Origin: a virus | Taxonomy: Duplodnaviria > Caudoviricetes | Length of the DNA: 41,226 nucleotides | Reading direction: 5' to 3' (one strand) | IMG/VR virus record: IMGVR_UViG_3300049015_000042 | Coordinates: 1-41,226 of that record | In this document: one piece after another, positions 18,027-27,073 of the stretch | Position numbering within the stretch: position 1 is the stretch's first letter | Layout of the letters: each line of letters opens with the position of its first letter | Translations under genes and position numbers: made by a program | The notes under the pieces: generated by a model | What the model saw: only the letters and a program-made list of their open reading frames with translations | Told to the model about the DNA's origin: nothing | Database searches by the model: none

Positions 18027-18899
18027 ATGACAACGACTAGCATCCCACGTTTCGCCCGCGCCGCTTCTAATGGTGCGATTTCCTTCACTTCCCGCCACGG
18101 TGCGATCGAGATCGATCATCTCCGCCGGCTCGCTCCCTCGATTTTCGCCGAGGATGCGCACGGAAGCAGGTCTGACAAGTATGCGCACATCCCGACGAGC
18201 GCGGTGCTTGAGCGCCTGATGAGCGAGGGTTTCCGCCCGTATGCCGTGATGCAAGGTGGTAGCCGGGACGCTGCCAAGCGCGCCTTCACCAAGCACGTGA
18301 TCCGCCTCCGCCATGACTCGCAAGAACTCCAAGTGGGTGGCACTCACAATGAAATCGTGCTTCTCAACTCGCACGATGGATCGAGTTCCTATCGCCTGAT
18401 GGCCGGTGTGTTCCGGCTCGTCTGCGGGAACGGAATGATCGTCGCGCAATCGATGATCGAAGACATCCGGATTTCCCACAAGGGAGACGTCGCCGGCCTC
18501 GTGCTCGATGGTTGCATTGAGATCATGGAGCGCTTGCCCGAAGTGTCGGAATCGATCCGCGAGATGAGCGCGATCAACCTGAGCCAAGCCGAGCAAACCG
18601 CGTTTGCCCGCGCGGCCCTGGTTGCCCGCTACGAGGGCGACGAAGCGCCGATCCGCGTTGACCAGGTGCTTGCGCCACGTCGCCGCGAGGACAGCGAGTC
18701 GAACCTGTGGCAAGTGCTGAACCGCACCCAGGAGAACATCATCCGCGGTGGAGTGACCTATCTGCAACGCGATGGCGAGGGCCGTCCCGTCGCCCGCCGG
18801 CGCACCCGCGAGATCAAGGGTGTGGATCAAAACACGACGGTCAACCGGGCGCTCTGGACGCTGGCTGAGGAAATGAAGGCGATCAAGAACGCCGGCTGA
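18027..18899 (+). CDS. DUF932/DUF945 family protein (plasmid leading-region YubP-like)
   Basis: APSIFAEDAHGSRSDKYAHIPT, FTKHVIRLR, LLNSHDGSSSYRLMAGVFRLVCGNG, NRALWTLAE. Confidence 0.92.
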   Translation: MTTTSIPRFARAASNGAISFTSRHGAIEIDHLRRLAPSIFAEDAHGSRSDKYAHIPTSAVLERLMSEGFRPYAVMQGGSRDAAKRAFTKHVIRLRHDSQELQVGGTHNEIVLLNSHDGSSSYRLMAGVFRLVCGNGMIVAQSMIEDIRISHKGDVAGLVLDGCIEIMERLPEVSESIREMSAINLSQAEQTAFARAALVARYEGDEAPIRVDQVLAPRRREDSESNLWQVLNRTQENIIRGGVTYLQRDGEGRPVARRRTREIKGVDQNTTVNRALWTLAEEMKAIKNAG

Positions 18900-18909
18900 T
18901 AATGGAAAC

Positions 18910-18943
18910 GAAAAGCCGGGGTCCAATCCCCCGGCGCATCTTT
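18910..18943. terminator. Hairpin, probable terminator after the DUF932 gene
   Basis: Stem GCCGGGG/CCCCGGC (18915-18935) preceded by an A-run, with T-rich sequence a few nt downstream. Confidence 0.5.
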
Positions 18944-19060
18944 CTTGGATAGATAATTGCAAAGACAGTGATTCTAATATCAATCGCAATAGCTTGGCCG
19001 TTAACGAGTTGTGGTAGAAAAGGTTTGACTCTCTCCAGTGATCCATGTTTGGTAAAGCAA

Positions 19061-19390
19061 ATGAACGCCAACTCTACATTCACCCATTTAGCAGTGACCC
19101 ACACATACCCCGGATCCCTCAGACCTTCTGAAACCAGGTTTTACCCGGTTCGTCCGCAGGGACACTTGCTGTGTATTACCGATTGCGAGGTCGAGAATCG
19201 TTGTATGAAGTTCGTCTTTTCCTATCTGGAAACGGAAGACGATCCCCTTCAAAGGCCGGGCTGTCGAGTACACCCCAAGGTGCCGCCGCTGTTGGAGTGG
19301 ATGGAAGACACAATCGACCGCCCGGACCTGCTCACAACTGGAGATGGCTTCCCTCCTTGCCCCATTCTTCCTGAAACCTATGACCGATGA
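19061..19390 (+). CDS. Hypothetical protein
   Basis: ATG follows an AT-rich promoter-like region; lower GC. Confidence 0.5.
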   Translation: MNANSTFTHLAVTHTYPGSLRPSETRFYPVRPQGHLLCITDCEVENRCMKFVFSYLETEDDPLQRPGCRVHPKVPPLLEWMEDTIDRPDLLTTGDGFPPCPILPETYDR

Positions 19391-19752
19391 AACGCAAATT
19401 GTCTGGAGACTCACCAAAGCCGAAAAAGGACGTTACGTCGCGGCCGCCCGCAACCACGTTCCCCCGCTCCCCCTTGTCGGCTGGCTCAAGCTCGTCGCCG
19501 ACTCCGCGAGCGAGCCGATCGGAAACGATCGCGGAGAAAGTAGCGGCGGGGGCATGGCACGGGAGCGGCCGCAGTTGGACGCCGGCAGAGGATTCGCTCC
19601 TGGGGACGATACCTGACGGCGAGGTCGCGAAGATCGTCGGCCGCTCTCGCGGCTCCGTCGTAGCACGTCGCAACAAACTGGAGATCGCGGCCGCACTGCC
19701 CGCGCACCGTCCACCGCGCCCTTCCGGACCTGCCGAAGCGACAGGTCGATAG
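19380..19752 (+). CDS. DNA-binding protein(s): RHH-like segment (frame from 19380) and HTH-like segment (+1 frame, to 19752); possibly one frameshifted gene
   Basis: VWRLTKAEKGRYVAAAR..LVGWLKLVAD in one frame and WTPAEDSLLGTIPDGEVAKIVGRSRGSVVARR in the next. Confidence 0.5.
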
Positions 19753-19759
19753 ACCCAAA

Positions 19760-20277
19760 CACGCTCCCGAACGTTTTCCGCGCGGAAGATTCAGCATCGA
19801 GGTTGAATCATCATGGTCGCCCCTGCCGGCCGATAGGCCGCTCCCGAGTCGCCGCCTTGGACGTGCGCACCTCACCGACTCCGCCGGCGACGACGGCTAG
19901 TTCCCTCTGTCCCGTCGCGCCCCTTTTCGCCGCCTCCTCCCCTCCTCCCCACCATTTCGAAGGAAATAGCACTCCATAGGTCTGCAAGTCGCCACAAATC
20001 AGAGGGAGGTCTGCAACGATTTGACGCGCGGAAAATCCCTCTGCTTCAGTGCGTTGCGTGGCTCCCTCTCAGTCTTTACAGACCTTCACACTCAAAAAGT
20101 AAATTAGACTGACAAACTACAAGAGGGATTGAAGGGGTTTTATCCGCGTTGCCCTTTCGAGTGTGCAAAAAGGAATCTATTTGCCCTTTCGAATCCCCCT
20201 GAGGTCACCAAGCCCCACCCTTTGCACTTTTGAGACCCCTTTTCCAATTTTGCACCTTTTGACATTCGCCCGGCATT
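19760..20277. other. Long non-coding region before the packaging operon (cos/pac or origin candidate)
   Basis: About 500 bp with no convincing ORF; repeats AGGTCTGCAA x2, TTGCCCTTTCGA x2, TTTGCAC x2, and two 16-bp palindrome copies. Confidence 0.5.
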
Positions 20278-20280
20278 GTG
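20258..20280 (+). promoter_or_regulatory. Late-gene motif TTTGACA-N13-start codon, first copy in the late operon
   Basis: Same geometry at 23707, 28665, 30052, 30508 and 39823. Confidence 0.75.
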
Positions 20281-20961
20281 CCGTCTCCTCTCCAGCTCGC
20301 TGCCGCCGCCTTCCAGAACCGGGAAGCGGACGTTCGCTCGCGACAATTTCCGGTTGCTACCCGTGGGATGACTGCGGTTCGCCGATTCGAAATGGCAAAG
20401 CGTCGGGACAAGAAGGCCGGCCGCGCGTTGATCAAGCCGGAGAACTCCGACCAGGTGATCGATGCGATTCCGGAAACCCCGGAAGAAACGTTTCACGCGC
20501 TGGTCTGCGGTGACTTCGTTTTCTGCGATCTGCTGACGCGCATCGTGCAGCGGCTCGGGGCGCCGACGACTTTGACCGTCGCCACGCTTTCGCTTTCGGT
20601 GAAGAACCTCGATTCGCTCGTCGCGATGCTGAAAGCAGCTCCGGATCTCAGATTGCACCTGCTGCTGAGCCACTATTTCCAATCGACCTCGAAGGAAATC
20701 TTTGTCGCCCTGGAGAAGCTGCTTTCCGAGACATTTCCGGATCGGTTTCAGCTCACGATCGGGCGGAGCCACGCCAAGGTTGCGCTTTTCGACTACGGTC
20801 GGGAGGGCCGGGAGCCGATCATCATCGAAACGAGCGCAAATCTCCGCAGTTCGGCAAACCTTGAGCAGTTGGCGATCTTCCGCGGCCGGGATCTCGCTGA
20901 CTTCCACTTGGGTTGGATCGAGGAATTTCGTCGCGTCAACGCCGAGAAGGAAGCCACATGA
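20278..20961 (+). CDS. Phospholipase D (HxK)-like domain protein, possible nuclease
   Basis: RSHAKVALFD...IETSANLRSSANLEQ resembles the PLD HxK...GSxN signature. Confidence 0.6.
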   Translation: MPSPLQLAAAAFQNREADVRSRQFPVATRGMTAVRRFEMAKRRDKKAGRALIKPENSDQVIDAIPETPEETFHALVCGDFVFCDLLTRIVQRLGAPTTLTVATLSLSVKNLDSLVAMLKAAPDLRLHLLLSHYFQSTSKEIFVALEKLLSETFPDRFQLTIGRSHAKVALFDYGREGREPIIIETSANLRSSANLEQLAIFRGRDLADFHLGWIEEFRRVNAEKEAT

Positions 20962-21869
20962 GCGCCGAGGGAACCGAGAATCGGAATGGTGAGAGCGCGG
21001 AGCCTGACGCGGCGTTCTTCGACCTGATCCTTGAAACCGATCTCGCCAACATCATCAAGAAAGCGCAAACCGGAGCGCCGCTCACGAAGCGGGAGCGTGA
21101 AATGATAGAAGCGGAGCGGACCCGCCGGGCAAAAACGCCGCCGTCCGCCGACTTTACCCTTGAGGGGGAGGGGTTCGATGCCCGCTTGGAGCGAATGACG
21201 CAGGCTCAGCTCGCCGCTGCTTGGGGGTATTCGCCCAGGTCAATCAAAGGCTGGCTTGCCGAAGGAAGAGATGCGAACGATCCGTGTCCGCTAACGCGCC
21301 CCGCGGAAATGGCCGCTTGGTTCTGCCGGGTTCACGCGCCCCGCCAATGCCCAGACAAGTTGAGAGCAGCTGCAGATCGCCTATTGGAAGACAAGCCCGC
21401 TGCCCTGCCCGCCGTCGCTCCAACCGCGCCGCCACCAGAGCGAAGCGAGATTCCCGAAGAGGCGAAGGGTATGCTCGCCATGTTGAACCGCCTCAGAACC
21501 GCGGAGGCAACGATTCATGACGATTACATGAAAGCGATCGCAAGCGGCAACGAGCAGCGTTCGACCTATCTGATGAAGGAATGGTCGCAGATCGCCGAAA
21601 AACTTCGGGCGATGGAAAAGGTTGCGCCGGAGACTTTGGAGAAACTCGGGCTGTATGTTAAAAAGTCGGAGGTATTGCGAGAATTGGAACCGATCCATCG
21701 GGCGATTATCAAAACCATCCGCCAAGCGCTCAGGCTGAGCCGTCCGCGGTTGCGAGCGGCTGAAACCGTTGAAGCCTGGAACACCGTCGCCGATGAAATC
21801 GTTGACGGAATCTGTGCCATGCTAACCGATTCCGATTTTGCGGAACCTCTCGCGTTGGAAGCCGCATGA
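20958..21869 (+). CDS. Terminase small subunit (Nu1-like)
   Basis: HTH TQAQLAAAWGYSPRSIKGW plus a coiled coil; directly upstream of and overlapping terL. Confidence 0.7.
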   Translation: MSAEGTENRNGESAEPDAAFFDLILETDLANIIKKAQTGAPLTKREREMIEAERTRRAKTPPSADFTLEGEGFDARLERMTQAQLAAAWGYSPRSIKGWLAEGRDANDPCPLTRPAEMAAWFCRVHAPRQCPDKLRAAADRLLEDKPAALPAVAPTAPPPERSEIPEEAKGMLAMLNRLRTAEATIHDDYMKAIASGNEQRSTYLMKEWSQIAEKLRAMEKVAPETLEKLGLYVKKSEVLRELEPIHRAIIKTIRQALRLSRPRLRAAETVEAWNTVADEIVDGICAMLTDSDFAEPLALEAA

Positions 21870-23710
21870 ATTCGGTCCGGAGCTTCCTGGTGGATGGTCT
21901 CAAGCGTGCTTGGCGACTGGTAGAAAAGAAAGCCTTGGAGTTTTGGGCGGTTGAAAACATCTGGCTCGACTCGAAAGAATCGATCGACAATCCAGGGCCC
22001 TATAAGCGCGAGGTGGCAGTTTACGCGCCTCGCTTGCTCGATATCTTCATGGACGATCCGCAGTGGCGGACGTTGGTGGTCATGAAGTCCTCTCAGTCCG
22101 GTCTGACGCTCCATGTCCTGATTCAGATCTGTCGACGGATTGCCGAGATCGCCACGTCGATCATGTATGTGATCGATTCGCTTCCGAAAGCAAAAGACCT
22201 ATCGGAGACCCGTCTCCAACCGTTGTTGAAGAAATGCAAGGCGACCAGGATGGAGCTGGGGGAGGGAGTGGAGGATTCGAAGATGAAGGTTCTCGCCTAC
22301 AATCTGCGAAACTCGATTCTCCGGCTGGCCGGCTCCGGCTCCGCGGGCCAGGTGGCCTCGGTGCCGGCTGACTTTGTCGTCGGTGACGAGCTCGATAAAT
22401 GGCTGAAGGCAGCGAAGGAAGCTCACAAGTGGCTGTTGCTGATTCAGCGGATTAAGAAATCCGAGCACGGAAAGGCGATCGGCTTTTCCACTCCAACCGA
22501 TGAGGCGGGAATCACCAACGTCGGTTTCTTGTCGGGAAGCCAGCACCGCTATTTCGTGCCATGCCCGCACTGCGATTTCCGACAGCTCGTGGACCTCGAT
22601 CACATCAAGTTTTCCCACTGCAAGCAGCCTGATGGAAAAACCTACGACCTTGAGCGCGTGCTGCGGGAAACCTACATGGAGTGCGAGAGCTGCGAAGGCA
22701 GAATCGATGAGGATCACAAGATCGCGATGCTTCTAGCAGGGGCTTGGAAGCCTACCAATTTCGTAGAAATCGAGGTGGATGGGGTCAAGCAGCTTGTCCC
22801 CGGCTGGGTGCCAGGAGAAATGAGCGCACACATTTCCGATTTCTACTCGACCCACCCGCGGAGTTCTTGGGGCGTACTAGCGTTCGAGTTCATCCAAGCC
22901 CAGGGCAGTTCGGAATTGCTTCACAATTGGACCAACGGTCGAGCCGGGATGCCGGTGAAAAAGACGGTCGCGAATATTTCCATGCAGCACATCCTGCGAC
23001 TACGCGGTCACTACAAACGCGGGACCCTCCCGTTGGTACCGTGCATTATCACGCTGCAAGTTGACAACCAGGGCGACCACCAGAAATGGGTATTGATGGG
23101 GTGGCTCCCGAATGGGACCCGATTCATCATTGATTACGGGAAGACGCTTGATCGGCGTGAGATCAAGACGGACATTCTGCAGCGACCGGTGAAGGTGATT
23201 GATCGCGAGAAGGGGCTTTTGAAGGAGATTCTCCCGCAAAACGGGATCATGGACGAAGGGGGCAAGGACGGGACATCCTACGAAGTTAGAAAATTTTGCA
23301 AGCCGCTCTATCCATTCATGGTGCCGTGTAAAGGGAGGGGAAAAATGCAGGCGAAACACACGATCGCCTGGAGTGATTCGAAGCTGGACAAGGGCGGAGA
23401 TGAGACGATCGGCGTATGTCATTTCGACGACGACGCGTTCAAGCGGGAGCTTTACATCGATCTCATCCGCAAGCATGACCCGAAAAAGATAGAGGAGTTC
23501 AACCTCCCGCGGATTTGGTTCCCTATCGATATCGACGAGGATTTCGTGAAAGAAATGTGCGGCGAGGAACTGGTGAAGGAAATCGACGCGGCCGGCATCG
23601 AGCAGCTCGTCTGGAAATCCAAACCTCCTAACGACTACGGCGACTGCGTGAAAATGGGCGGAGTGCTGTGGAACTCGATCTCGAAGCGTTTCAGCGATTC
23701 GCCACTTTGA
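21866..23710 (+). CDS. terL: Terminase large subunit, lambda GpA family
   Basis: Deviant Walker A VMKSSQSGLT, Walker B VVGDELD, FSTPT, YFVPCPHC. Confidence 0.93.
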   Translation: MNSVRSFLVDGLKRAWRLVEKKALEFWAVENIWLDSKESIDNPGPYKREVAVYAPRLLDIFMDDPQWRTLVVMKSSQSGLTLHVLIQICRRIAEIATSIMYVIDSLPKAKDLSETRLQPLLKKCKATRMELGEGVEDSKMKVLAYNLRNSILRLAGSGSAGQVASVPADFVVGDELDKWLKAAKEAHKWLLLIQRIKKSEHGKAIGFSTPTDEAGITNVGFLSGSQHRYFVPCPHCDFRQLVDLDHIKFSHCKQPDGKTYDLERVLRETYMECESCEGRIDEDHKIAMLLAGAWKPTNFVEIEVDGVKQLVPGWVPGEMSAHISDFYSTHPRSSWGVLAFEFIQAQGSSELLHNWTNGRAGMPVKKTVANISMQHILRLRGHYKRGTLPLVPCIITLQVDNQGDHQKWVLMGWLPNGTRFIIDYGKTLDRREIKTDILQRPVKVIDREKGLLKEILPQNGIMDEGGKDGTSYEVRKFCKPLYPFMVPCKGRGKMQAKHTIAWSDSKLDKGGDETIGVCHFDDDAFKRELYIDLIRKHDPKKIEEFNLPRIWFPIDIDEDFVKEMCGEELVKEIDAAGIEQLVWKSKPPNDYGDCVKMGGVLWNSISKRFSDSPL

Positions 23711-23725
23711 CACCGGCCTTCAGCC

Positions 23726-24010
23726 GTGGCCGTTTCCGAAACCGTGATCGCAGCGTATCTGCGAATTTACAATCCCGCCGAGCTGCGAGCCGCGCTCGTG
23801 ACCGCGCTCAATGACCGCGCATCCGGCGTGCTCGTCACCCAGGTAAATTTCCAGGACGGGGGAGGATCCGGAGAGGTGATGTCGGGCGATCCTAACGAAA
23901 TCATCGAGATCCTGGAGCTGTGCCTGCAGCGGATCGACGATCCGACGCAGGCCGCGAAAAAGCCGTTGGCCGCGGGAATGGACTTCAGCAAGCGCCGCTC
24001 CGAAACATGA
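23726..24010 (+). CDS. Head completion / head-tail joining protein (gpW position)
   Basis: 94 aa between terL and portal, as in lambda gene order. Confidence 0.6.
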   Translation: MAVSETVIAAYLRIYNPAELRAALVTALNDRASGVLVTQVNFQDGGGSGEVMSGDPNEIIEILELCLQRIDDPTQAAKKPLAAGMDFSKRRSET

Positions 24011-25488
24011 AAAAGCGTAACAAAAACCGCCAAAGCCAGCACAATGCGGCCGCCCGCCGCGACATGAGCGAAGCCGCGCAATATCAAGCGGCCGCAGACA
24101 TGATCAAGGCTTTCTCCGGATTCGACGGAGCGAACCAATCCAGCCGCCGTGGTTTCATCTATTGGCCCACACTCGACACCAAGAAAGAGCTGGACAGCTA
24201 CTCGCGTACCGAGCTGCTTCGCAAGAGCCGCTGGTTGCGCGCGAATTTCGGGCTCGCCACCCGCATTTGCTCCGGCCTATCCGATTTGATCGGCTACCTA
24301 ACGCCGTGTTCGATGTCGGGAGACGACGATTGGGACGAGCTCGCCGACGCCCACTGGGAGGATAGGGCGGGGGAGGCAGCCGTCATCGACGCGGCCGGCC
24401 AGTTCAATATCAAACAGCTTCAAATCGAGCTGAACAAAGCGGCCTTCGGCGATGGCGACGTGTTGCCCGTGCTCATCAAGGGCTCGACGGACGGCGTGAT
24501 GCTCGCCCTGTATGAGGCGCACCAGCTGGCCAATCCCCAGCAATCCCACAAGGGCTGGGTTGATGGCGTGCTGATCAATAAATTTCGCAGGCACATGGCC
24601 TATGGGCTCCGTGGTGACGACGGCCTGGTGAAAACGATTTCGGCGAATGATGCACTCTATTACTCGCACCCCGATGCACTGGGTCGGATCCGGCCGCCGA
24701 CGATCCTTTCGCACGCGGTCAATCACATGCAGGACATTTCCGAGATTCTCTCGGATGTGAAGCTAACGATCAAGGTGGCCGCGCAGATCGGCCTCTATCT
24801 GAAAAACAGCGTGGAGAACGCGGGCGGACACGAGGGACCGCGGACTCTGCAAGGGGCGCTGCGGAACGAGCAGCAAAACGCAGGCGATGGCACTGCCCAA
24901 GACCCGAAAGTTGAATACACGATCGAGGATATTTACAAAGCGCAGGGTGGAATGGCGAATCTGCCAAAAGGAATGGACGTGGGAGTGATTTCCGACGCGC
25001 GACCGCACCCTAACCAGGTCGCATTGATTGAATATTTGATTCGAGACATCTCATGGGGCGTTGGCGTTTCACCTGACTTGCTGTGGAACATTAAGGACCT
25101 GGGAGGAGCAAACAGCCGGATCGCTAACGCAGACTTGGAACGATGGATTTCCGTCAAACTGCTTCGTCTCCGTTCGTGGTTGAAGAAGTTCCGTGCCATT
25201 TGGATCGCGAACGAAATTTCAGCCGGACGTTTGCCGGAACCGATCGGATCCGGCCATTATTGGAATGCAACGTTCATCCCCCAAGCGTCGCTCACCGCGG
25301 ACAAGGGCAGGACCGGAAACCTCAACATCGAACTCGTGAGGAATCGGCTTCGTTCGCTGCAAACGCACTTCGCTGAGGAAGGCACCTACTGGGTCAAGGA
25401 ACTCCGACAGATTCAACGAGAGGAAAAGCGCTTTCCTGGATTGCGCGAAGTAATCCGCGGACTCGATAGCGAAAAGAAGGCCGCCTAA
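24007..25488 (+). CDS. Portal protein, lambda family
   Basis: RTELLRKSRWLRAN, FGDGDV, WVDGVLINKFRRHMAY; about 493 aa; position after terL. Confidence 0.85.
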   Translation: MKKRNKNRQSQHNAAARRDMSEAAQYQAAADMIKAFSGFDGANQSSRRGFIYWPTLDTKKELDSYSRTELLRKSRWLRANFGLATRICSGLSDLIGYLTPCSMSGDDDWDELADAHWEDRAGEAAVIDAAGQFNIKQLQIELNKAAFGDGDVLPVLIKGSTDGVMLALYEAHQLANPQQSHKGWVDGVLINKFRRHMAYGLRGDDGLVKTISANDALYYSHPDALGRIRPPTILSHAVNHMQDISEILSDVKLTIKVAAQIGLYLKNSVENAGGHEGPRTLQGALRNEQQNAGDGTAQDPKVEYTIEDIYKAQGGMANLPKGMDVGVISDARPHPNQVALIEYLIRDISWGVGVSPDLLWNIKDLGGANSRIANADLERWISVKLLRLRSWLKKFRAIWIANEISAGRLPEPIGSGHYWNATFIPQASLTADKGRTGNLNIELVRNRLRSLQTHFAEEGTYWVKELRQIQREEKRFPGLREVIRGLDSEKKAA

Positions 25489-25533
25489 CATTTTACGCGC
25501 GGAAAAATCCCAATTCCAAAAATATCGCCGACC

Positions 25534-26370
25534 ATGAAACAACTCCCGCACATTTCCAGTCTGCTTTACGGGCAAGCCTGGGCCATTCTCCCCGAAGTCC
25601 ATGCGGAATACGGGCTTCTCTATCGGAACTACCTCGCCGGAACCCTGACGGTTCCCGCCGCTCTCGCCGAGAAGGGGGAAGCCTGTTACGGGGTCTCCTA
25701 TCAGGCGAATCACTCCCAGGGCATTGCCATCGTCACGATGTCCGGGGTGATCATGAAGCGCGCGCCGGAAATGCTGTGCGGACCGCCGGTGATCGACCTC
25801 GCCGCTTTGGATGGATTGTTGGATGAGATCTCCGCAGACACGTTGATTGAGACGGTGGTTTTCGCGATCCAATCGCCAGGCGGCATGATGATCGGCCTGG
25901 AAGAAACTTGTTCGCGGATGCGTGAGCTTTCCACGCAGGGCATCCGGACCATCGCCTATGCCGACTATCAGATGTGTTCCGCCGGGTATTATCTGGGGGC
26001 CGCCTGCGATGAGATTTATTGTGCCCCCTCCGCCTTCATCGGATCGATCGGTGTCTATTGCGCGGGCCTCGACGATTCGCGCGCCTGGGAAATGGAGGGT
26101 TTAGAGCTGGTGCTCGCGAGGTCCGGAAAGCTGAAAGCCATGGGACATCCCGGAAAGGCATGGACGTCCGAGGAGCGGGAATGGCTCGACAACATGGCCG
26201 GCGAATGCGGCACCGAATTCCGGCAGTGGGTGACGAGCCGCCGGGGCAATGTCCCGGAAGAAGCCATGCAAGGCCAGTGCTTCGCCGCCAAAAAAGCCGA
26301 TCCGTCGCTCATTGACGGGATCTATCGAGACCTCCCCGCGTTGCTCGCGGACCTCATGCAAGCCGCATGA
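25534..26370 (+). CDS. Prohead protease, peptidase S49 (SppA/ClpP-like)
   Basis: IQSPGG, MCSAGYYLGAACDEIY, IGSIGV, SGKLKAMG. Confidence 0.9.
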   Translation: MKQLPHISSLLYGQAWAILPEVHAEYGLLYRNYLAGTLTVPAALAEKGEACYGVSYQANHSQGIAIVTMSGVIMKRAPEMLCGPPVIDLAALDGLLDEISADTLIETVVFAIQSPGGMMIGLEETCSRMRELSTQGIRTIAYADYQMCSAGYYLGAACDEIYCAPSAFIGSIGVYCAGLDDSRAWEMEGLELVLARSGKLKAMGHPGKAWTSEEREWLDNMAGECGTEFRQWVTSRRGNVPEEAMQGQCFAAKKADPSLIDGIYRDLPALLADLMQAA

Positions 26371-26436
26371 TTTGACACGCAATTAGGAACTGATCGCCGA
26401 TAGGGCTCCTACCTCACCACGCAACTTTCCGAGACC

Positions 26437-27029
26437 ATGCTCCGCAACCCCTTCAATCCGCTGTTTACGAAACACGTTGACGCTCCCGCCGCGAATGCCG
26501 GCACTGCCGCCGCGACTGCGAAAAGAAAGAAGCCGACGAGGACGAACCGGAGCCGGAGCAAACTCCCGCCGAGCCCGCCGCTCCCGATGCGCCGGAAGCA
26601 GCGGTCGCCGTTCCCAAGCTCAACGCATTTCAGCGCGGAGCCCTCCGCGCTCTTGGCACCGGCGATCTGATCGCTCGGGTCGAACGCGCGGAAGCCGCGG
26701 AATCCATCGCCAGCGCGGAAGTCAACCGTCTGACCGCCGAAAATATTCGCCTGCAAGGCGAGCTCTCGAAGCTCGAAAAGGAAACGCCGCAGAAAATCGA
26801 AGCCGCGGCCAAGGGCCGTGAGAACGACGTTTCCAAGAAAGTCACCGCTGAGCTTTCCGCCCTGGGAGTCGAGCCCGCCGCCGCACCTTCCCAAGTCGCC
26901 GCCGACCAAACTCCCGAGGCGATGCTCGAACATTTCGCCACGCTCAAAGGCGCGGAGAAAACCGCCTACTGGCGCGCTAACAGTAAGATGCTGAAAGCCG
27001 CCGATGCCGCCGCATCCAAATCCAAGTGA
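26437..27029 (+). CDS. Capsid scaffolding-like protein split by a -1 frame change near 26520-26530
   Basis: The ATG 26437 frame gives MLRNPFNPLFTKHVDAPAA. An acidic, coiled-coil frame (EKKEADEDEPEP...RLTAENIRLQGELSKLE...SKSK) is open 26481-27029 with no early start codon. Confidence 0.65.
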
Positions 27030-27073
27030 TCCCCGCCCGCCGTTCCTAACCAAAATTCGCACCACCTAAAATC

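Noticed and set aside
17955-19046. 363-aa minus-strand ORF
   Set aside because: Shadow of the clearly recognisable DUF932 gene.
23707-23740. TTGACA copies as ordinary sigma70 -35 boxes
   Set aside because: No -10 hexamer at 16-18 nt spacing, and that spacing would put the TSS inside the downstream gene.
26409-27065. 218-aa minus-strand ORF as the gene between protease and capsid
   Set aside because: Opposite to the operon direction; the plus-strand scaffold-like frame explains the region better.
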